A stretch of 64,000 nucleotides of DNA from the human T2T-CHM13v2.0 reference genome, Homo sapiens. A program made the translations under genes and the position numbers. This document shows positions 1 through 17,938 of this stretch, in pieces. The DNA lies in the NCBI RefSeq assembly GCF_009914755.1, contig NC_060937.1; one strand, given 5' to 3'. The notes under the pieces were generated by a model. The model saw only the letters and a program-made list of their open reading frames with translations, ran no database searches and was not told the origin of the DNA. Position 1 is the stretch's first letter; each line of letters starts with the position of its first letter.

Positions 1-17
1 AGCCATCGCTCCTGGCC
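1..17 (-). mobile_element. 5' tip of a minus-strand Alu cut by the window edge
   Basis: agccatcgctcctggcc resembles the reverse complement of the Alu start GGCCGGGCGCGGTGGCT. Confidence 0.55.
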
Positions 18-563
18 TACATTTTTCTTTATGTGAAAAGAATCAAAGAACATCAATGTACTCTTTCTTGTTAATAGTTTCCAAAAAGTCATTTATTTGA
101 TGACTGGGTAGATCCCATTATTTAATTATTTTGAAAAGTACATATTTTATTTTATTCATGAGTCATGGTCATTTTAAGAGTTTGGATTTCACCTGAACAG
201 AATTGTGGTTTATTTTAACATTCAATGAAATAATAGATCAATTCAACAAACTACACATTTCACACTTGCTTTGAGATAAATTGACCTTCACCGAATTAGC
301 TTCTCTTCACAAGGTAACCTATATAAAAAATGCCAATTTGCATGAAGACCTTTTAAAAGACAGCAGGGGTTCAGTACAAGCTACTGAGAGTTTTCTTGTT
401 CTCTAACAGAAATTCACTCAAGAATAATGAAAAGTGACTTTTTCATGCACCTTCCTTTATTTTCGTGCCTGAAATCACAGATTGTACACAAAGGGAATGT
501 GCTAAGCTGAACATAGGCAAGAAACAGCAATGGCAGCAACAACAAAAGTTAGTGATGCATTGA

Positions 564-640
564 AATCTATATATCGTTATGTAGTCCCTCCCCATATATA
601 TATACAGACATAGAAGGGACTACATAACGATATATAGATT
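564..640. repeat. Perfect 26-bp inverted repeat with 25-nt spacer
   Basis: aatctatatatcgttatgtagtccct (564-589) is the exact reverse complement of agggactacataacgatatatagatt (615-640). Confidence 0.95.
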
Positions 641-793
641 GTATATATGTATATATATATATAGAGAGAGAGAGAGAGACAGATTTCTCTCTATTTCTTG
701 ATTATATATTATATAATATATAATATGCTATATTATATATTACATAATATGTAACATTCTATTTCTTGATTATATATTACATATATATATAAT
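641..793. repeat. (TA)n/(GA)n low-complexity tract with a 22-bp direct repeat
   Basis: TA and GA runs; tctatttcttgattatatatta at 690-711 and 758-779. Confidence 0.9.
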
Positions 794-1269
794 CAGCAAA
801 CTGCTATTCCCAGAAAAATTATTTAAGCAATACCTCTTTCACTTCCTTAAGAAAAAGCAATACTGGATTAGAAATATTTTTTAAAAATTAAACATTCTAT
901 GAAAGTGACCTGTGAATGCACAATCAGTGCTTTTTGCTCTTGTTATACATGCAAAGAGGTATGGAGAGTGCCAGTAGGTTTTAATGTATTTACAGCATTG
1001 AACATAAAGGTCAATCATCTAAAAAGAAAAAGGCATCAGCAGTTAGAAACTGCATTCCAATGCATAGATTTGCAGCCAAAGAATTTTATTATTAATGAGA
1101 CACAAAGAGAGCAAATAATTTTCAGATGCAATTTATGAAGATTAGATATCATCTGTATAACAGAAAGAAGCAAAGATCAATATATTCACATTTTACTTGT
1201 TTTGCTGCTAAGCATGTCTGTCGATTTATTTTTGTAAATATTGTCTTTTTATTGTTATTACTTCTATGA

Positions 1270-1669
<400 letters not shown>

Positions 1670-3306
1670 CTTTACACTATTTACTTACCATAATTTTTAC
1701 ATTCTAAGTATGAAGAATTCATTCTAGTTGAATTTTTCCCCCACTGGGTGTTAGATTCTTAGTTTTCCTCTAGATGGCGGAGTAGTATTCTAAATGTAAA
1801 AGATGTCCTTTGTGATAAACATTTTAAACATTTATGTTGTATTTGCCAGCCTGGTTGAAAAATATTTTTCCCCTTTTCTGCAGTTAAAACAGAGTACATT
1901 CATGTGGTATATTTTGAAATTGGCATATACAATGAAATAAGGAACAAGTAAGTGCAATATTTTTAAAGTTAATTAAGTGATAGCATATGGAAAAGTGTAG
2001 TAATGTTTGATATATTTACATTCACCAAATAACCTATAAACAGTCCAAGAGGCTTTAACATACCATATCTTACCCTCAAGAGTATTGCTTGGCATTCTGT
2101 TTTGCAGCTTTTAGTATTTGTCGCAGAGTTCCTGATGAAAGAACGCTAAGAAAAACCCCTTGTGGTAGTTTAGTGCAACTTGCGACAAGAGAATTTCCCA
2201 TCAAACTTTCAGGACAAATATGTTGAAGAGCAGTTCTCAGTCTAAAATGGAGTTTCAGCAACACTGTTGTGAGCTCTTCCAAATGTCCTGTATTCCCTTT
2301 CTCCACATGTTCTCAAGCAATAAATTGAAGCAGCTTACAAACTATCTATTTCCTCTGCAAACACACAGGGTGGTTGCGATTCTGAATTAAGAGACTTACA
2401 AACTGAGGAAGCCTTTCAGTCTTTCCCCATTTCTAGCCTCATTGCCATAAGAGTATTTGTATGGCATTTACAGCTTCCAAGCAGCCATTTTTGGTATTTC
2501 GCTGATGGCATCATATGTGAATTTGATTTTTATGTGGAACATCTATATCTTCCCTGGTTTCCTATATAGAGCCCAAAATATAGAAGCACAAAGTATGACA
2601 GATAAACAACAGATTTAGTAAATAAGACAGTGGTATTAAACTTAATAAGAAGAGATAATGTCAAAGCTATCCTAGTATGATAAACGTATGAGATCTATAA
2701 AGAATAACGTCAACAAAACTTACTAAGAAGGGAACTATTGTTAATCTTTTCCTCCTGAGTCAAATATATCATTTCAGGTTTTCAGTACCTGGGACATGCA
2801 AGTAAAACAAGGGCAATAATTATTAATTGGGAGGGAGATAAGCAAGTATTTCTCACTAGAATCAAGTTAATTGTTGGAAAGCAGGCATTCCAGAGACAAT
2901 TGCTTAAAATGCAATACTTTTGGCCTGGAATGTTGTACTCCCGTATGTCAGAGAGAAGACATTACTCAACTCTTCTTAACTTAATTCAATGAAAATATAA
3001 TTTTATATAAATGTGAACTATTCTTCCTCTTTTGTGGAAATATAAAGGTAGGATTGCAATCCTACTTTATTCTTATCTTTATTCCAATGTTCTTATTGCT
3101 TAAGAAAGACTGGGACTTATTAAATGGAAAATGAAGAACATTTTGAAAAAATAGTATACAATGTGCTAATTTATCTAGTCAAATTATAAAAATAAAATTG
3201 TACGGTAAAGATACCATTTCAACAAATAAGATAAGAAGGCTTTTGCTTTAAATATTCAGATATCTAAGATTTAGCATTTGATTCTGATTATATTAAGAAA
3301 AATTCT

Positions 3307-3747
3307 TGTATTAGTCTGTTCTCATGCTGCTAATTACCACAGACTGGGTAATTATAAAGGGAAGAGGTTTAATGGACTCACAGTTCCACATGGCTGGGGA
3401 GGATATATTTATTTTGTTGCCATTATGTATTTAATTTTCAATTATTTATCCAAATCACATGCAATATTGTACAACCAATATTTTAGGCCTCACAATCATG
3501 GCGGATGGCAAAGGAGGAGCAAAGGCATATCTTACATGGCAGCAGACAAGAGAACATGTGCAGGGGAACTGCCCTTTATAAAACCATCAGATCCCAGGAG
3601 ACTTATTCACTATCATGGGAACAGCATGGGAAAGACCCGCCCCCAAGATTCAATTACCTCCCACCGGGTCCCTCCCACAACACATGAGGATTATGTGAGC
3701 TACAATTAAAGATGAGATTTGGATAGAGACACAGCCAAATCATATTA
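3307..3747 (-). mobile_element. THE1 (THE1D-like) MaLR solo LTR interrupted by a templated insertion
   Basis: Termini tgtattagtc...ccaaatcatatta; 5-bp TSD ATTCT at 3302-3306 and 3748-3752; typical THE1 internal motifs. Confidence 0.9.
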
Positions 3748-3778
3748 ATTCTCTATTCTCATCTTCATTTTACATATG

Positions 3779-4285
3779 CGTTGGGAATAGGCCCCCAAAC
3801 TCTGGCCATAAGGGGCCCCAAAACTGGCCATAAACAAAATCTCTGCAGCACTGTGACATATTGGTGGCCATGATGCCCACACTGGAAGGTTGTGGGTTTA
3901 CTGGAATGAGGGCAAGGAACACCCAGCCCACCCAGGGCAGAAAACTGCTTAAAGGCATTCTTAAACCACAAACAATAGCATGAGTGATCTGTGCCTTAAG
4001 GACATACTCCTGCTGTAGATAACTAGCCCAACCCATCCCTTTATTTCGGCCCATCCCTTTATTTCCCATAAAGAATACTTTTAGTTCAGCTATAATCTAT
4101 AGAAACAATGCTTATCACTGGCTTGCTGTCAATAAATATGTGGGTAAATGTCTGTTCGAGGCTGTCAGCTCTGAAGGCTGTGAGACCCCTGATTTCCCAC
4201 TCCACACCTCTATATATCTGTGTGTGTCTTGTAATTCCTCTAGTGCCACTGGGTTAGGGTCTCCCCTACCAATCTGGTCTCCACA
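3779..4285 (+). mobile_element. MER9 solo LTR (HERV-K9/HML-3)
   Basis: Matches recalled MER9 consensus (ctggccataaacaaaatctctgcagc...gggttagggtctcccc); AATAAA at 4131; 6-bp TSD CATATG at 3773-3778 and 4286-4291. Confidence 0.88.
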
Positions 4286-4669
4286 CATATGTAAGCATGA
4301 AAGTGATATATTTATTTTGTTTCCATTATGTATTTATTTTTCAATTATTTATCCAAATCACATGCAATATTATACAACCTATATTTCCTATATTTTAGGC
4401 TATGCTTTTAAAATGTATAAGTGTGTATTAACTATATAAGAATTTTCTTTTTAATTTTATTATTATTATACTTTAGGTTTTAGGGTACATGTGCACATTG
4501 TGCAGGTTAGTTACATATGTATACATGTGCCAGGCTGGCGTGCTGCACCCATTAACTCGTCATTTAGCATTAGGTGTATCTCCTAATGCTATCCCTCCCC
4601 CCTCCCCCCACCCCACAACAGTCCCCAGAGTGTGATGTTCTCCTTCCTGTGTCCATGTGTTCTCATTGT

Positions 4670-8509
<3,840 letters not shown>

Positions 8510-8557
8510 TTATTTTGCTCATTAGTTGATGCAGTTTCTTCCTAGCCTCAATGGTCT

Positions 8558-9567
8558 TTACAATTTGGCATGATTTTGCAGTGGCTGGTACCAGTTGTTC
8601 CTTTCCATATTTAGTGCTTCCTTCAGGAGCTCTTGTAGGGCTGGCCTGGTGGTGACAAAATCTCTCAGCATTTGCTTGTCTGTAAAGTATTTTATTTCTC
8701 CTTCACTTATGAAGCTTAGTTTGGCTGGATATGCAATTCTGGGTTGAAAATTCTTTTCTTTAATAATGTTGAATATTGGCCGCCACTCTCTTCTGGCTTG
8801 TAGAGTTCTGCCAAGAGATCCGCTGTTAGTATGATAGGCTTCCCTTTGTGGGTAACCCGACCTTTCTCTCTGGCTGCCCTTAACGTTTTTTCCTTCATTT
8901 CAACTTTGGTGAATCTGACAATTATGTGTCTTGGAGTTGCTCTTCTCGAGGAGTATCTTTGTGGCTTTCTCTGTATATCCTGAATCTGAATTTTGGTCTG
9001 CCTTGCTAGATTGGGGAAGTTCTCCTGGATAATATCCTGCAGTGTGTTTTCCAACTTGGTTCCATTCTCCCTGTCACTTTCAGGTACACCGATCAGACGT
9101 AAATTTGGTCTTTTCACATAGTCCATATTTCTTGGAGGTTTTGCTCATTTCTTTTTATTCTTTTTTCTCTAAACTTCTCTTCTCACTTCATTTCATTCAT
9201 TTCATCTTCCATCACCGATACCCTTTCTTCCAGTTGATCGCATCGGCTCCTGAGGCTTCTGCATTCTTCACGTAGTTCTGGAGCCTTGGCTTTCAGCTCC
9301 ATCAGCTCCTTTAAGCACTTCTCTGTATTGGTTATTCTAGTTATACATTCGTCTAAATTTTTTTCAAAGTTTTTAACTTCTTTTCCTTTGGTTTGAATTT
9401 CCTCCTGTAGCTCGGAGTAGTTTGATCGTCTGAAGCCTTCTCTCAGCTCGTCAAAGTCATTCTCCGTCCAGCTTTGTTCTGTTGCTGGTGAGGAAATGTG
9501 TTCCTTTGGAGGAGGAGAGGCACTCTGCTTTTTAGAGTGTCCAGTTTTTCTGCTGTTTTTTCCCCAT
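8558..9567 (-). pseudogene. ORF1: L1 ORF1 (RNA-binding chaperone), disrupted
   Basis: ATGGGGAAAAAACAG start at 9567; fragment DYVKRPNLRLIGVPE...RHIIVRF; apparent frameshifts near 9553 and 8806. Confidence 0.93.
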
Positions 9568-10599
9568 CTTTGTGGTTTTATCTACCTTTGGTCTCTGATG
9601 ATGGTGATGTACAGATGGGTTTTTGGTGTGGATGTCCTTTCTGTTTGTTAGTTTTCCTTCTAACAGAAAGGACCCTCAGCTGCAGGTCTGTTGGAGTTTG
9701 CTAGAGGTCCACTCCAGACCCTGTTTGTCTGGGTATCAGCAGCGGTGGCTGCAGAACAGTGGATTTTCGTGAACCACGAATGCTGCTGTCTGATCGTTCC
9801 CCTGGAAGTTTTGTCTCAGAGGAGTACCCGGCCGTGTGAGGTGTCAGTCTGCCCCTACTGGGGGGTGCCTCCCAGTTAGGCTGCTCTGTGCTCAGGGGTC
9901 AGGGACCCACTTGAGGAGGCAGTCTGCCCGTTCTCAGATCTCCAGCTGCGTGCTGGGAGAACCACTGCTCTCTTCAAAGCTGTCAGACAGGGACATTTAA
10001 GTCTGCAGAGGTTACTGCTGTCTTTTTGTTTGTCTGTGCCCTGTCCCCAGAGGTGGAGCCTACAGAGGCAGGCAGGCCTCCTTGAGCTGTGGTGGGCTCC
10101 ACCCAGTTGGAGCTTCCTGGCTGCTTTGTTTACCTAAGCAAGCCTGGACAATGGTGGGCGCCCCTCCCCCAGCCTTGCTGCCCCCTTGCAGTTTGATCTC
10201 AGACTGCTGTGCTAGCCATCAGCGAGATTCCGTGGGTGTAGGACCCTCTGAGCCACGTGCGGGATATAATCTCCTGGTGGGCTGTTTTTTAAGCCCGTCG
10301 GAAAAGCGCAGTATTAGGGTGGGAGTGACCCGATTTTCCGGGTGCTGTCTGTCACCCCTTTGACTAGGAAAGGGAACTCCCTGACCCCTTGTGCTTCTCG
10401 AGTGAGGCAATGCCTCGCCCTGCTTCGGCTCACGCACGGTGCACTGCACCCACTGTCCTGCACCCACTGTCTGGCACTCCCTAGTGAGATGAACCCAGTA
10501 CCTCAGATGGAAATGCAGAAATCACCCGTCTTCTCCGTCACTCATGCTGGGAGCTGTAGACCGGAGCTGTTCCTATTCGGCCATCTTGGCTCTCTCCCC
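9568..10599 (-). promoter_or_regulatory. L1 5'UTR internal promoter (sense and antisense) with intact YY1 site
   Basis: CpG-richer 5'UTR; GCCAAGATGGCC YY1 motif at 10579-10590 on the minus strand. Confidence 0.85.
10151..10363 (+). CDS. ORF0: L1 antisense ORF0 homologue, 70 aa, open (expression unknown)
   Basis: MVGAPPPALLPPCSLISDCCASHQRDSVGVGPSEP... matches primate L1 ORF0 (MAGAPPPASLPPCSLISDCCAS...) in the expected position and orientation. Confidence 0.7.
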   Translation: MVGAPPPALLPPCSLISDCCASHQRDSVGVGPSEPRAGYNLLVGCFLSPSEKRSIRVGVTRFSGCCLSPL

Positions 10600-11637
10600 T
10601 ATAAGAACTTTTATATATGCTGTTACTTTAATGCCCCAAGAATCTTGAACTAAATATATATTTATTTCAGTTTGCAAAATAGGAAAATTTTAACTCAGAA
10701 AAATTAAATAACTTGATCAAGACAATAAATAAATAACTGGAATTTGCCCCCTGTAGCTTCAGCCTGATGTTTTAATTTGCTTTCTATTATTCATTATATT
10801 TAATTAATCTAATCTTCTGATATTCAGTATATCTCCTTCAGGCTCCAATATTTTTATTCATCAAGCTAGCTGGATCTGATTAAATTAGTAGACTTTCCAA
10901 ATTAAGAATGCCAAGTAATTTTATTATGTTTGCTCTGTTTCTTAGGACTGCTTTCTCTCTAATCACTTGCCTTATTAGTTGGTCATTGACTGTGAAAAAA
11001 GAAAGCCTTCCAGTTTTATGAGATAGAACTTAAATGGTCCTTTGGAGATTGTGAACTTCACATCCTTAGAGGAAATGTCAGGAAAATTGAAGTCCTCATG
11101 GTTTGTGAGTAGCATGACCTTTGCATTAGCTTTTCTAACTGTTTAAATTGTTCCTAATCTGTATTCTAACTCATGATGACATTTATGGCTGCCCTCTGAA
11201 ATCGTCACATTTCACTTAACTGTATCATATTAGAAATGCAGGTAAACTCTTATGACTTACATACATTTACTTGCTAGATGCATTCTCCAGATAGGCCTAA
11301 AAGAAAAGCAGTACTCTTCCTGACCTGTGATTTTAATAATGTCTACATTGCCAATGATTCTCATTCAGCTTTCAATCAATAAATGTCTCAAAAGTTATTT
11401 TAATTGTCGTTCATTTAAGCAAAGTAAGTTTTTACTCTTTTTAAATTGTTTAGGCATCAGCTAAATTGATTTTTATTTTTTAAAATTCAGTTTCCATACC
11501 GATGAAGCAAAGGAGTTAAATTATTTTATTCTTAAAAATTTTCACAGCTTTAAAATTCAATGTACTCTATGATTCAATTATTTTTACTTACTTATAATTA
11601 AGCTACACAAATATTTGTAAAATTCCCTTTGAGGATC

Positions 11638-11685
11638 GATCTATCTATCTATCTATCTGTCTATCTATCTATCTATCTATCTATC
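11638..11685. repeat. (TCTA)n tetranucleotide STR with one TCTG
   Basis: Direct reading. Confidence 0.95.
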
Positions 11686-13620
11686 ATCTTTCTTTGGTGA
11701 AAGTTTAAATGCTGTTTAATTCATATACAAACACACACATTAATATTCACAGTTACATTTAATTTGATTACTTTCTTAGTGTACCGATAACTTCAATATT
11801 CTTACTGTATTTATAAAGTATGATTCATCTACACTTAGAAGCAATATAATTCTTTATTTCTAGTCTTTGTTAATAATTGATTTTAGAGCCTCAAAATAAA
11901 TATAGACTAATTGTTACCCTCGAAGATACTTTTTGTTTACTTTAATCCTTACAAGAAGATAAAATTTTCGGAAGCATGCATGGTTATTTCTTTGCTCTCT
12001 TTTGATACAGAGAGCTGAAATTGATTTTCATTTTCTCTCTTATGTGAAAAGCAACATTTTGAGTTCAGTTGCTTTTACCTTGAGAATACCATCTCATGTT
12101 TTCAGGTCCCTAGGCAATGGTCATGGCGTATTTCCAAAAAGTGAATCTCTATAAGTTGTCAGAAAACATTTCCTGTGGCCTGGTTGCCATCCCATCTGGA
12201 TGCCAAAATCTCTTCCACTATGAATTGTGGTCTTTGATCCAGAAATTGGAAGAATAGAGTGAAGAACAATGTGACTTTTCATCACCTGCAAATAGCATAT
12301 CCATTACTCAAACATGGGTTATGAATTTGTATTTCTTTATTGCTGTTACATATATGAGATAAAAACAAAGAAATGTACAAGAAGAGAAAGAAGTGAAATG
12401 AAACACAAATATTCATTACCTCAGTGGTCACTTTTATTATGATGACAAAATTGGTAACTTAAATTTGAAACACTTGGAGCCTGTTTATATAGTGAGTTTG
12501 TATGATGAAATATTATAGAATCATTTAAAAATCATGTTTATTAATACTCATTGACATAGAAAATTTTATATGTTGTTAAATAGAATACTAATATAAAAAT
12601 GTTAAGACATGCATGCAATATTGTCATAATCCACAGAGACAGACACACGCACACACACACACTGCATGTACCAAAACTGTGAATAGTTTTAAACTTGACT
12701 AATGTGAAAAAAGAGGCAAGTATTGTTGCAATAGTGTGAGTGCAACACAAAACAGGAGTTACAGCAAGAAAACATATACTCCTCTAAAAACATCTTTAGA
12801 AAACTATAGCCAAACTCTGAGAAATGTCCAGCATTAATATATCCTATTTTTATGATTCTGAGAAATAAATATGGAAAAACTACATACAGAATATTGCTGC
12901 CGCTAACTTATAAATATATGATCAGAGCTGAAAATACACCACTTTGTCTTTTCTTTCAACCAGTGACACAGATTATTTCTGGCAGAAAATAGTAAGTGCT
13001 GCTCTTTATTGGAGCCTTTCACTGAAAATGCACCTCATGCCTAATTCAATTCAACTAGTCAATTTTTATTGAATATACCGTGTGTTTAGGGTATATTCAA
13101 TTGTGCATTTTGGTTAGGCACATTCAGAGAAGAGGAAACACCCCCGAAGTATGTTTTGGTGCTAAAATATATAATAGAGAGATTTAGTTCTGTGGGACAC
13201 AGAGAAGGCCAGGACTATTGTGACCTGTAATGGTTGGAAAATAGTTTTGAGGCCCATGGCAGTGTTTGTCATATTTACTGCTGCATGTCAAGTGCCTGGG
13301 ACAATGCTTAGAACCTAAGGGTGCTACTCCAAAGCACCTGCTCTTAAAAATAGCACAATAATGTCCCTAAACACATCAAGGTTAATAAGACATAACAAAA
13401 ATAATGAATACTATTACAAAGCATTCATTTCTGAGGACTTATAAAATTTAAAGCATTCTAGATCTTTATAAAATCGAATTCTTCCATGAAATATTCAATC
13501 ACCCTAAATAAATCCTTTTCAATCTGAAATCCATTTAACTTATTGAGAGAAACGAGAAAAATCTTCAGCATGCTTACCACAAACCCCTTGCCTAGGATGT
13601 ATTCACGAAATACCTAAGAC

Positions 13621-14070
13621 ATATTTCTTAAATGAATTTTTACTCAATACTTCTTAAATGAATACTTCTTAAATGAATACTTCTTAAGTGAAATACTTCT
13701 GGTGTTTTGTTTTTTGTTGTTTTTTTTTTTTTTTTTTTTTTTGCAATGTAGTCTCACTCTGTCGCCCAGGCTGGAGTGCAGTGGTGCGATATTGGCTCCT
13801 TGCAACCTCTGCCTCCTGGATTCAAGTGATTCTCCTGCCTGGGCATCCTGAATAACTGGGACTACAGGTGCCTGCCACCATGCCTGGCTATCTTTTGTAT
13901 TTTTAGTAGAGATAGGGTTTAACCATATTGGCCAGTCTGGTCTGAAACTCCTGACCACTTGATCCGCCCTCCTTGGCCTGCCAAAGTGTTGAGATTCCAG
14001 GCATGAGCCACCGCGCCCAGCCTGAAATATTTCTTAAAGGAATACTTCCTAAATGAATGTTTAAATGAAT
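13621..14070. repeat. 15-bp minisatellite (AATACTTCTTAAATG) split by an Alu
   Basis: About 3.7 units at 13646-13700, a further unit at 13621, and degenerate units at 14023-14070. Confidence 0.8.
13701..14022 (-). mobile_element. Alu (AluS)
   Basis: Full Alu body with long T tail; TSD tgaaata(c/t)ttct at 13689-13700 and 14023-14034. Confidence 0.95.
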
Positions 14071-14759
14071 GTTTACTTCCTAAGCACTCCAGCCTTGGAG
14101 TTAACATTGGACACCGGAATCAAAAGCTAAAGTTTTTATGTTTATAACTTTTCATTGGGTTACATAAAAAGTTTACTTAAAAACTCAAGCACTTCTTATG
14201 TTGAGACAGTATTCCCCAAATTGATCATAAAAAACATGTTGATCATCACTAAAATACAGATTTCCAGGTCATTGTCTTGACATACTAATTCAGTGTCTGT
14301 TACAGATCCCAGAACTAAAATTTTTTTTTTAAAAAAAACCAGGATTTTCTAAAACACTACCTGAAGACATACTAACTCTAAGGGAGAAAATGAATATATT
14401 CAATAAAGTAATAAAACTGATACTGAGGGAGAAATCCAGTAATATTAAACATTATAAAGATGGAGAAAATAGACACAAATTCTTAGTGTATACTTAAGCT
14501 TATAGTAAGTTGCATAAAATAATTGGACCATTAAAAGATAAAGTATAAAGAAGCAAACATTTATAAATATATTTTTTAAATTTCATAATGAGAACTTCTG
14601 TAATGCCTTTCAATGGTGGTTGATTTATCTAGCACCAACGTCAAGGGACTTGATTAATGTTGAATTTTATTTTTTAATGTAAGGTTGGTGTTTCAACTTC
14701 AGTCATTGTTTTCTCCTAAAATTTATTGAGGAATTTTATTTTACTCTATATAAATATTA

Positions 14760-15030
14760 ATCAATTAACCTCTCAGTATTTTATGGATGCTAGCAGAAGA
14801 CTTGAGGCTTTTGGGACAGAGACAAAGCATTTTATTACTTATGATAAAGCAAGTAGCAGGAGCATAGGAGCATCCGTTTGTGTATCAGCACCCTGTGCCG
14901 AAAGCCACATAAGGGTGGCATAATTTGTGACCGGATAGATAGATGCCTGCACAGGCAATGGTTTATGTTCTAGAACAGAAGCACTGAACTTCAGTAATCT
15001 GCCATTTTATAGCAAGCAGTTAGTAAGCCT
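14760..15030. mobile_element. Ancient LTR-like remnant, family not identified
   Basis: gcagaagac...ggacagagacaaagcattttattact resembles the poly(A) region of old LTRs read in reverse. Confidence 0.35.
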
Positions 15031-15288
15031 GCTCTTTGTCCTGCATGTAGGTTGACAAATGTAAACACAACTCTGAGAGAATGCCAGAGAATAAATGGTC
15101 AAGGACTTGCTTGTTGGCATACCCAACAAGACATGGAGGAGTACATGTGTTCCATGGAATACTGTGTCTCCCAAAATGTTCACTCCGCCAGGTCCTATAA
15201 CAATGTTGTATATACAACTCTATTCTTCAGCCCCACACTATAAAGCTGGTGTAATATCCACATACATACACACAAACACATGTGTTCC

Positions 15289-15768
15289 TGTTACTCACAC
15301 AATGGTGGGACCAACCACTTACAGGTGGCCACAAACAAGGAGGATTTAACAAGGGGATTGTATTACTTGCAACAAGTAAAGAGGGCACTGAGGATAGTTC
15401 CCAAACAGTGCCTCCCCAGGCAACAAAAGTAGAAACAGGGCTTTTATTGGTTAGCTGAGTTATTGTATGTGGAGATGGAGTAAAGGCTACAGAGGTGCAG
15501 TCATCAGTCATGTTACTACTTACACTGTGTGTATAGAAAATAGCAATAAGTTCCTCCCTGGGTGGACATTTTAGTGTGATTATGAGGAGATTTTGCCAAA
15601 ATTTATCTCCAACTCAGACATCTAGGGCTTCAATTAGTTTTTTTATTTTTTTTTCCAGGGCTGAATATTCTTCCTGGAACTTTTTGAAACAAGAACTCAG
15701 TGTGCAACAGTTAAATTGGATAACTTTTTCACAGCGCGTATCCCAAAACCCTGGGACCCTAGGTTACA
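15289..15768 (-). mobile_element. Old ERV solo LTR, family not identified
   Basis: tgttac...gttaca termini, about 480 bp, flanks ttcc/tgcc as an imperfect 4-bp TSD. Confidence 0.5.
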
Positions 15769-16488
15769 TGCCATTTCCACATCTCCTCTTTTCCCACTAC
15801 TTTGTTATTTACTGATTGGGTAGAGAAAATGAGACTGTTTATTAAAATTCACACATACATAGAGACTTTATTTAAACATAGGTGTGTGTAATTTTCAATC
15901 AAAATGGTGTCTAGTGTTTTGCTTTGTTCCCAGTACAATAAATTATGTATATTTAATAATTTTAAAAAATAAAACCAATGATGGATACTCTTAAGGTTTA
16001 GGTTAAGATTCCAAATGCTACTAATCAAGGTTTGAAACAGACAGTTCCTTTAAAGGGATAAACAGGCAACTCATGTAAAACATACGCTAACTGGAGTAAC
16101 ATAGGCTCTGACAATTAACTAAATAAAGAAAATGGCATCATGGAGGGTAGATGTTCAGAATCCAGAAGCAAATTTGGAGAAATATTATTGTGATATATAA
16201 GAATGCAGAAAAAAAATTCAGGAAATGCAAAAATGATCTGTAAAATGGTAAATGTTTTAAAGAAATTATACCATATGCATGGAACATTTTAATGACTTGT
16301 AGATATCTCCTCATATGCAAGGTATCATTCTGGTTGCTATTTGCTAAGTGGCAAGAGATAGCACCCTCTCAGTGGAAGAGTAGGGAAAGGGGAGTCACTG
16401 TATTCTCACTTCTCATGTACACCAGCTAACTAATTTTGGAGCAACTGACAAAATATTATCAAGCTGCAATGTTAAAGAAAAAAGAGAT

Positions 16489-17703
<1,215 letters not shown>

Positions 17704-17938
17704 AAAGAAAAAAGAGAACAGTGATTGATGTTAACAACTGTAGATTTCCTAACACTATTATACATTTTCCTCCTTTGATATGTTCTCTCCTTATACCTCT
17801 AAATGTAGGCATTATCCAAAGTATGACTGTTTTTGTTTGTATTACCTCCAAACGACTCTTTGAGAAAAATATAAAGACCAACTATAATTATCTACATGTA
17901 GCCTTCTCAATTCACCTGTGATATTATATTTTGTCTTC

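Noticed and set aside
3278-3709. 143-aa ORF, with a shared peptide in ORF 4140..4439
   Set aside because: It reads through a THE1 LTR and the templated insertion and has a non-ATG start; the shared peptide only reflects the DNA duplication.
13646-13700. Short direct repeats considered as CRISPR-like
   Set aside because: Tandem units without spacers, in a primate context with no cas genes.
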